Positions 32,801-40,764 of a stretch of DNA of 40,764 nt are shown here, piece by piece; the stretch's first letter is position 1, and the number at the start of each line of letters is the position of its first letter. The stretch is from Klebsormidium nitens (taxonomy: Eukaryota > Plantae > Klebsormidiophyceae): positions 1 through 40,764 of the forward strand of contig DF237668.1 in NCBI GenBank assembly GCA_000708835.1. Direction: 5' to 3'. The translations under genes were made by a program, and so were the position numbers. The notes beneath the pieces were generated by a model that was not told where the DNA came from, did no database searches, and saw only the letters and a list, made by a program, of their open reading frames with translations.

Positions 32801-35800
32801 TTCAGTGCAGAGGGTACAATCTCAGCGGTTGCTGGAAGGCAAAGAACCCGTAGCTACGCCAAAGGAGCGAGGGAAGCACGGGAAAAGGCTAGCTTTCGGT
32901 CACATAAGGCGTGAAAACTCGCTTGCTTACAGAAGGCGTCTCGATTTTATTGAACGTCTCCTGTATCAAACCGTTCTCGAGTACAGACAACTCAACCTTT
33001 CCTTTTGGGATAACAGCTGACGAAAGCAAGGCAAGGCGCGCAACCACGTCCGCGTTCTAGAAAAGGCCAAAAGCGGCAGCAATGGACGATAAGCGATATG
33101 CGTGAAGGCATAAGCACGGAGGCTCACCTGGCCACCAGTTGCGGCTCCTGGGTCAGAGCAATTGGGACCAGGCCGGTCAGAAAGTTGTTGTGAAGGAACC
33201 TGCACCAGTGAGCAGCCAGGGGTTGACGTCAGCTCCAGATGGATTGGCGTCCGGTCCACGTTCAAAGCTGACGAGAGAGCGAACGGGGGCGCCCGAAGGC
33301 GCGCCGTGCGGTGTTCTAACTGGAGGTCGCGACTCGGAGGCAGAGGGGAGACATCGGTATACGCTTCACGGTTCTGATAAGACAACAAGGCAAATTAGGC
33401 CCGAATACAAACCCGAACCCGAACCCGAACCCGAACCCGAACCCGAACCCAAACCGGACCCGGACCCGGAACACGACCCAGACGGAGACCCGAACCCAGA
33501 ATATAACCAAGAGCCGAACCTAAACCCCAAACCCAGATCCAGATCCCGCCCTCTATTTCTTTACCACCCTCAATCGTTCTTTCGCATTTCTTCTTTCCTG
33601 AGATCCTATCACCGAAAAGCAGGCCTTCTTGGAAGGTACACCACAGGGATCGAAGCAATAGATCTGGAAATGGCATCATAGTCGAGAGCAAAGCGCAAGG
33701 AAGATTGAGGGGGTATCTTACAGCCAGCCGAGGCTCTTGCAGTTGGCCAGTTCTGGGGGCACCGTCCCACTCAGGCTGTTGTTATGCAGCAACCTGCAGA
33801 GATGGTCGATCCTTGGGCCTCAAGACTTGCGGACGTGAAACATCTGATGTTGGAAGAAGGGCTTTGCCTGACTGATAATGGAAGCATTGAAATGTCTACG
33901 TTGGAAGGAAAGAAGGAAAACCAGCTTGCTTGCCTAAATGACGGAAATTCGAGACCTACAGCAGAATATGGGAATCAAGGGCTATCGTCTGCGCCAAAAC
34001 CACTTCTGAAGCAACTTTACCCTCTCCCTGCTCCGTAGGTCCACGAGCAGCCGTCAAAACACTTTACCTCCTTACAATGAGAACACTCCTTTACTTTCAA
34101 GAAAGGAGAGATTGGAGGGCTCACAGGCCATATAGGTTGGTCAGATTGCCGAGCTCCGGCGGAACCGGTCCGTTCAGCTTGTTGTCGTACAGAACCAGCA
34201 TCGTCAAGTTGGTCAGCTGTCCCAAGGCGGGGAGGATCGGTCCAGCGATGTTGTTGCTCGCCAAGTTGCTGCACCAAGGAAAGGATTTTTGGCATAAGTG
34301 AGAAAGAGCAGCTTGAAGACGAAGAGTGAGTCGCCAAAGGTAAGAGTCCTGGCCGTATGCTTCTCGCTTTGACCGTCAGGCTAGTGGGATATCTATAGGA
34401 CAAGACGGCCTTCCTACACAGAATTCGGTTCTCACGTTTCGAATGGCAAGACTGATTGTTGGCTAGACTGCTTGCTCAGGTTACGCCAATGAAGCTCATA
34501 GTCAAGACTCTCAGCAGCTCAGGAACGGCCGGGGGCCTTATTGAGGAGCCTTCTCCAGCGGTCAATCAGGTTTTGATTCAGCAACGGATGTCTGTTACGC
34601 TTTCGCGTCTGCTTTGAAGAGCGATTGCTCATTTCAAAACCAGTGCATGCATGATCCTCCTGCAATCCATGTTGAATCAACAAGCAAGCCAGCAACACGA
34701 AACATACAATAGTAGCACGCATGTCCAACTTACAAGTCAACTACCCACTCGACTCGTCTCCATTTTGTTCGTCTCCACGTCTTGGAGTTACTCAACTCAA
34801 GAAACATGTTTGGAATGTGCGGATCGTCAGAAGTCATACGGTCGGACGTGAGAAAAGCTCACATGGTTTGGAGCTTTGTGAGAGCTGTGATGCCAGCTGG
34901 CAAGTAGCCCCAGATCTGGTTGCTGCTGAGGTCGAGGGTCGTCAGTGACGTCAGCTGGACGAGCCAGGGGTCCATCGTGCTGACGATGGCATTCGAATGC
35001 AGGTCGAGAGTCTGGGAAAAGAAAATAAGGGTTCAGTTGGCAAACAGCTAGCTAGCCCGATCAGCAGACGAAAGTGTGAGCAAAGCGATGGAGCTTTCGG
35101 AAGAATTTCGAAGGGGCAACCAACCGCTGGTACATCAAATCTGCCCAAATGCTGTTTTGAGGAAGTGCTTCTCGCCTCTAAGCAAAAAAGCGCATACATA
35201 CATCAAGCAAACAAGTGCTTAGTACGCCGACGTCTGAAAGAGGCTGTCATAGTTGCGGCTGAAGTTGTTTCTAAGGAAAAGGTTTGTCTCCAATAAATCA
35301 CTCCTTCCTCCAGGGGCCCCTTCTCAGCCGAATGACGACCTTGCTGAACCATCCTTCAACTTTCGACAAGCCTGTCTGCACGAACTCAACGCACCTCTCT
35401 AATGCCCCTTGCAAATAGGCCCATCCAAAGGCCGTCCAAGCATAGCATGTGATCGGACCAACGTGATGGGGCACAGATTGGATTCTGGTGAGCCAACGTC
35501 CACGTCTGCCGATGTGGCAAAGAACCTCAATATCTCTTAGACCTATCAACAATGCTGTTTGTTTGACAGCCATAGGAGCTAAAGATTGACATAGTTACCC
35601 TGTGATTAGCAGACGAATTTGCAAAGGACCCACCTGCAGTTTGGTGAGGTTACCCAACTCGACAGGAATGGGCCCCTGCAGTTTGTTGCTGCTCAAATCC
35701 AGCAACTGCAGCTGTGACAGCTGGCTGATCACGCGCGGGATATTGCCGGACAAGCCGGTGTTTGGAAGCTGGCTGCAAGACAGTGAGAAAGGAGGGTTAA

Positions 35801-38075
35801 GGACCAGTTAAGCTATCCTGGTTACAACATAATGAGATGTTGACTGAGAGGGAATCCCAGGTTTCCAAGCTGGCTACTACAGAGCGCTCAGGAGGGATTG
35901 GGTAAGAAGCAAGGTCAGACTGATGGTGAACCTGCATCAATTTGCCTGAGTTTGAGAAAAGGAGAACCAGGTTTAATCTGGAAAAAGAAGCTCTGAAGAC
36001 GGCGGATGGGAACCCCTGAAAAGACTGGTATTTGGTCGGAAAAGGCTGACAGAGGGAGTTGACAGCAGCTGACCACAGGTGAGAAGCTTAAGATAGGACT
36101 ACGCTTGATTATATAATGTTAGTGATTACCCTGCCAGGATAGGAAGAAAATCTGAGCCCCAATCTGGAACCTAGATTGGGCTTGGTTATATCATGTCAAA
36201 GAGAAGATTTGCTGTCAACACTGAGGAACGAAAAGCTTGGCTTGAATCAGGGGAGAACCGTTCTGACAACTGGACACGACAGGCCTCAGGAAGTTTCGTA
36301 TCACGCATATTGTTGAGAGGGAAAGATTGTTGTCAGCAGAGATTTTGCTTTGCAACTGATGAGACTTCCGCAGATCCCAAAAACGGCGCCATAGGGTCAA
36401 TCTATAAAGTGCTGGTACATCACTTGGAGGCCCAAGTCCAGAAAAGTGACCCTTTTTTGCAATGTTCGGTTGAGTAGAAGACCACCATGCTAGTCTCCCT
36501 TACCTTGTTCAGCCGCATTGGACAACCCCCTCTCAATTTTTCAGACCGTTAGGCTTATTGAGGCACGTTTGCAGAAGTCTCCCTTACCTTGCTCTAGGCC
36601 GGTCTTTCTCCCCATCTCATTGCAACCTTCACTCCCATCCCTTTGCGCCCTAGTCTCCCTATCTTGAGGCCGGTCAACTCGTTCCTGCGCTGATGTATCT
36701 CTTCAAGTACAAACCACAGAATCTTTCTGCACTGATCCATGGAAATCATGGGAAAGCGGGCCAAAATACACATGGGTAGGAAAGAAGAGAAGTGCGAGGG
36801 GCTCACAGCTGGGTCACGCGTCTAGCGGTGTTTCCACTCGCCGCCGTACAGGTCACCCCCAGCCAGTTGTCACCGCACGGGTCATTCCCCTGCCAGTTGG
36901 CAAGAGCGGGCGGGTTCCCAGTGGCCTGCTTAAAGACGGCCAGGCTGTTTGCTGCAAGGAAGGGGGCAGATATACTGAGCCACTTCTAGGATCATGGATT
37001 TGGTTTGGCTCAAAGAACGACTGTCATGCGGCTCTCTGAAAGGTTGGTATTGACTCGCTATATGAAGAATGATAGAGTCCTCTTTCCACTTGACAGCACA
37101 AGATCCATACGGCTGCTGCAATCACCGGTTTAATTGCTGCAAGGGCCTGAGAGAAAGATTCTCGCGCTTAGACATACTCTCGGGCAGCCACATTCTATGG
37201 AACTTTGCCACAGGGCAGTTGGACCGATGCCTGAGGGGGGGTACAACTTCTTATCCTCATCTGACAGCCCCTGAGCCGAGCTAGGCCAAATGCCAAAAGG
37301 CTGTGTGCTGACCACCGCAAAGGGCTTGCTGCTGAGGGGTCTCTGAGTGGCAAACCACCGTCGATGTGACATGTATGCTTGATAGCATTGGACTCACTAT
37401 TGGTGGAGCCACAAAATGAGGGCAATGATCAAGTCACGAAAAGCAATGATAAGGGACGCAAAAGTGACACAAGGTTCAGGTTTGATTGCCCTGACAATGG
37501 GACAAAAGAACCTTTGGTCATTAAAGTCGACAATACACCCTCTAACCAATGCCAAATTGCTGGGGCAGCTCTACTCTTTCCTGGTAAAGTGCTCTAGCCT
37601 TTGTATCCAGCTTTGCTCTGTTTCACTACGGTCATAACTAGGGGCGGCAGTACGAGCTCAAGAGAAGGCACAAGACTGCGGTTCATGGTCTATTATGTCC
37701 ACTCAATCTCTACCAAGGCGCAGAGAAGGGAAGCGATAGGGGTGTGCCAGCCAGAAGATGAAGCCTCTTTTCACACTAGCCACAACTCTTGTTTGCACCA
37801 CTCTCAAGGAAAGAAAGCAGAGACAGTAAAGTCTAACTACATAGTACACATGGGTGTCTGAAAGGTTGAAAAACCAAAGACCGCTATCCATTTGACAGCA
37901 TTGCACAACAAGGACTGAGAGGCCCTAAAACAAGGAATCAGTACGTTTGTTCCGCGGTAAAAGGGACCGCTTGGAAATAGCACTCACCTTCAGAAGGATC
38001 TGACACCCCTGCTGCCAGCCCCACCCAGCAACATGCCACCGCACACAGTATAGCCCAGAGGGCTTGCGATTTCAT
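26822..38075 (-). CDS. Leucine-rich-repeat receptor-like kinase (signal peptide, LRR N-cap, ~8 LRRs, C-cap, Pro stretch, TM, RLK/Pelle kinase)
   Basis: 17 exons: 38075-37988 ([23 protein letters not shown]), 36951-36807 ([16 protein letters not shown]), 35772-35634, 35011-34863, 34268-34125, 33793-33722, 33199-33128, 32675-32578 (YDGNPLC; weak donor), 32112-31927 ([26 protein letters not shown]), 31492-31302, 30781-30425 ([15 protein letters not shown]), 29738-29588, 29190-29076, 28721-28578 ([15 protein letters not shown]), 28036-27853, 27473-27351, 26950-26822 (last exon tentative). LRR exons follow 72/144-nt modules. Confidence 0.9.
29913..30249. repeat. Intronic foldback element with ~65-bp imperfect terminal inverted repeats
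   Basis: 29913-29977 (TGACAGAACGGATGGAAGGAGAGCGCGGACTGCAGTTTGCAGTCCGAGACCCCCACACCGAT) is complementary to ~30186-30249. No TSD found. Confidence 0.7.
33409..33547. repeat. Degenerating (GAACCC)n hexamer microsatellite in an RLK intron
   Basis: About five perfect GAACCC units decay into GGACCC/AAACCC/AGATCC variants. Confidence 0.9.
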
Positions 38076-39395
38076 TCCTGCTGACACACACGTGTCCTAG
38101 TGAGTACACTAAAACAGCCTTTCTCCTTTCCTTTCCGTTCGTCTGGTGTTACAAACGAATGCTATGTTTAATGAGCATGTAAGGAGAACCCCACCCTCCC
38201 AAGGTAAGCAAAAGGCTGGTAGACTACAGAACACAATGCTGTAGAGCAGCTAGATGCAACACCTGGTGCGAGTTTCTTGGTTGCAGGAAGCTTCCTCGAG
38301 GGCAGAGCTTTTCTGGAAGCCCCGCGGAGCTAGACGCCCGCAGACTTTGCAAATCCGCAGCTCAACGCAACTCTGATTGATCCTCAAACCTTGCAGAAAG
38401 TAGCTACAACTCTTTAAGTGGCAGGACTTTTCAGCTGCTGCCCGCCCCCAAGAGCTTTTTGGAAATGTCGCAACCGAATTTCTAAAAGCAACGTGTGAAT
38501 CAACTTTAAGTGATGGAAGGCGCCACTGCGCATCACTGCGTGGGATGATGCAACATGCGAGATGGTTCCGCCTGAGCTGTTCCCTCTTGAAAGAGTCTTG
38601 CAGAATGCTTTGCAGCGCGCTATGCCCACTGCAGGATTCAGCAAAGCATGCAGGATGATGTGATGGGTTCCAACTTCCCACTCTTGCATAGTGCTGAGTG
38701 GAGTCCAGGCCGTCCTTGTACGCCCGATTGGGAATTTCACTTGTAGAAGATCTCATCATGGTGATGTCAACAAGAGTGGTGTACCGTAGGTACGTCATAC
38801 TTTGCCAGGTACAGACCGTACCGTACTTACGCACACAAGCAAAACAAGGTGCCCGGGCTCCAATAGCAGGAGCCGGGAGGCGCAGTGTACAATCTTGCAG
38901 TGCATACCACGTGTGTTTGTTCTGCAAAGATCGGACGCATTACAATGCTCTTGAGGATGATCGAAGGGTTGGAAACATGGTCAGCTTTATGCATTGCAAG
39001 AATTGCCGCATTAATAATATGTATGGTACCGTCAGAGTCTCCCGGGGGCACCGCGTGAGAAGCCCTTTGCCCAGCTAAAATTTGGGACCAGGGAGTTGAC
39101 GTGAACTTCGGTACCTAGTCAACAATCCCGGATATCCGGAAGCGCGGCCCATGTGCGCGTCCTTTTGTACCGGGTGGCACTGCGGATTCCATCCTAGCAG
39201 ACTAGCAGTACAGTAGCTCATTCGTGCGGTCGGGAATGATTTCCGCACGCGAAACATTCGCGGCAACGAAAATTGCAAGGAGGGGGAGTTGGACGACGTG
39301 CAACAAGAGTCGGGACTCGGGCGGAGTCGGGTCGCCATGTGCAAAGGTGCAAACGTCAATTGCAATTTTCCAGCGGCCGGGAAAACTTGAAGCTA

Positions 39396-39660
39396 CCGTA
39401 GTGGCACGGACAATTCGCGCCAGGCTCTTACGAAAATTATTTTATTTCAGTTCCTGGTTTCGCACCAGGGTTTTGAGGAATATTAAATTTTCGCAGTAGC
39501 CAAGATTAACAGTGTTTTAGGCCCTTTTTTGCGTGTTTTTAGGCTTCATTTGATTTATTTTGGTTCCGCACTTTCGCACCAATCTTAAAATAATTTCCGA
39601 AAATTTTCGCACGAAGGCCTGACGATTTATTTTTGGTGCGAATTGTCCGTGCCACTACGG
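39396..39660. mobile_element. Tc1/mariner-superfamily MITE with CCGT termini (Tc2/pogo-like), 265 bp
   Basis: 27-bp TIRs CCGTAGTGGCACGGACAATTCGC(G/A)CCA with 1 mismatch. TA duplication at 39394-39395 and 39661-39662, within a palindromic AGC-TA-GCT target. AT-rich interior with repeated TTTCGCA motifs. Confidence 0.9.
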
Positions 39661-40144
39661 TAGCTGAATTCATTCTACCGGGCAATGTGAAATTGATCGA
39701 TCCAAAACTAAACCAATTCCTGAGTAGTCGAGATAGGTAATCACGCGGAACCCCGCTCCCAAACGGGGCCTAACTACCCAATTAAAGCCAAAAGCCCCCC
39801 GGGCTTGATCTTCCTCGTAGCGAGAGCGTTTAACAAAACACCTTGATCGATGGAGATTCGCGAAGCCTTTTTCATTACCCGGGGCCCGCCTGTATAGGCT
39901 CTGGCCCTCGTTCCCCCAGGAGCATCGTTCAATTTCAAAAGTGGCAACGGTTATCAAACTGGGCCGTTTCTAATTTTACGTCAGCCTTGATGACGTGCCC
40001 ATCGAACACCGAATCTAGCGCTGTGACACGTCATAGGGCATTCAAAGCAATTAAAGTCCGGAGCGTTCGGGTAGTGTACGGACAACGATGGAGTTGACCG
40101 CGTATATATAAGCACTCAGTCAATCACAGTCCTGTGATTGCCAC

Positions 40145-40368
40145 TTGGCCTTGCCACCAACTTTCTCACCGGTGCCGGCCCGCTGCCTACCGGCTCCCCT
40201 GCGTTTCTACCGGCTGGGCAGGCGGGACAAGCCACTGGGCACCGCTTTTGCCTGAGTGCCAGGTAGGCGGTTTCTCCCGGCTTTCCAGCCCTTCGGCACC
40301 GGTGCATCTCCCCTTTCTGCCGGCCACTGAGGTCCAGCTTAAACAAGGTTCGTGGCATGCAAGCCCTG
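40145..40368. mobile_element. hAT-type MITE, copy 2 (inverted relative to 11403-11610, more diverged)
   Basis: Shares CTTGCCACCAACTTT..CACCGGTGCCGGC, TTCTACCGGCTGG, GGCACCGGTGCATC, TTTCTGCCGGCCA..GGTCCAGC and GGTTCGTGGCA collinearly with the reverse complement of copy 1. The right end reads ...GCAAGCCCTG. Confidence 0.75.
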
Positions 40369-40764
40369 CTCGGCCTGTGCTGAAGCCTGACATTAATGTA
40401 TAAACAGGTGATGGACAGATCGATTTAGTCATTTAGTGGACTACATTGGTTGTATGCATACTGGGTGCCTAAATGGTGGACAATCAAACTGCGTTTGAGT
40501 TGGAGAACCGTAGACAAAATTTAGAAGAAATCCAGAGAAAAATAGCACTGCAAGCTGCTTTGTTTCTTAAAAAAACATCGCTATATACCTAGATGTGTAG
40601 TCGTAAATGCATGAGACGTCTATCCGACCCCCGGGGCAAGAACGATCAGTTTTTCACCGAACCAAAATATGAAAGTGATGGGCAGCTCGAGTCTTGGCGG
40701 CGGTCGATCTAACTGTCTGTTCAAGATTCGGGGCATGCAGCTGATCACGTCGAGAATGTAACGG

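Noticed and set aside
33139-33681. 180-aa ORF with a PE repeat
   Set aside because: Produced by the GAACCC microsatellite, antisense to the RLK.
34500-34600. Possible decayed LRR exon (LLNQNLI...)
   Set aside because: Only a few residues resemble the LRR consensus, with no matching splice sites or 72-nt module.
38250-38927. 225-aa minus-strand ORF upstream of the RLK
   Set aside because: No domain signal; the RLK already has a signal-peptide start at 38075 preceded by an acceptor-like CAG, so this is probably 5' UTR intron or promoter.
40473-40592. 39-codon ORF (MVDNQTAFELENRR...) downstream of a TATA-like motif
   Set aside because: Too short and cut by the window end; it cannot be assigned to a gene or transposase.

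Overview
Eukaryotic nuclear DNA with intron-rich genes (GT/GC-AG introns mostly ~270-1200 bp). The plant-type gene set and GC3-rich exons suggest a streptophyte green alga such as Klebsormidium; this is an inference, not a database match. I built five protein genes by hand from splice sites and reading frames: a plastid-targeted double GST-N/glutaredoxin-like protein (+, 677-5729), a GT68/POFUT-like O-fucosyltransferase (-, 7037-9379), a BONZAI-type copine (+, 12103-21044), a helical-bundle/U-box/Sel1-repeat protein (+, 22265-25375) and a 17-exon LRR receptor-like kinase (-, 26822-38075). Non-genic DNA holds MITEs with terminal inverted repeats of three DNA-transposon superfamilies (PIF/Harbinger, hAT in two copies, Tc1/mariner), a tRNA-derived SINE-like head and a long foldback. 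The most striking unexplained signal is 'exon echoes': about 14 decayed tandem copies of exon ends, most still carrying the adjacent splice site, sit in the neighbouring intron ~100-220 bp apart, at 9 junctions of 3 unrelated genes on both strands.
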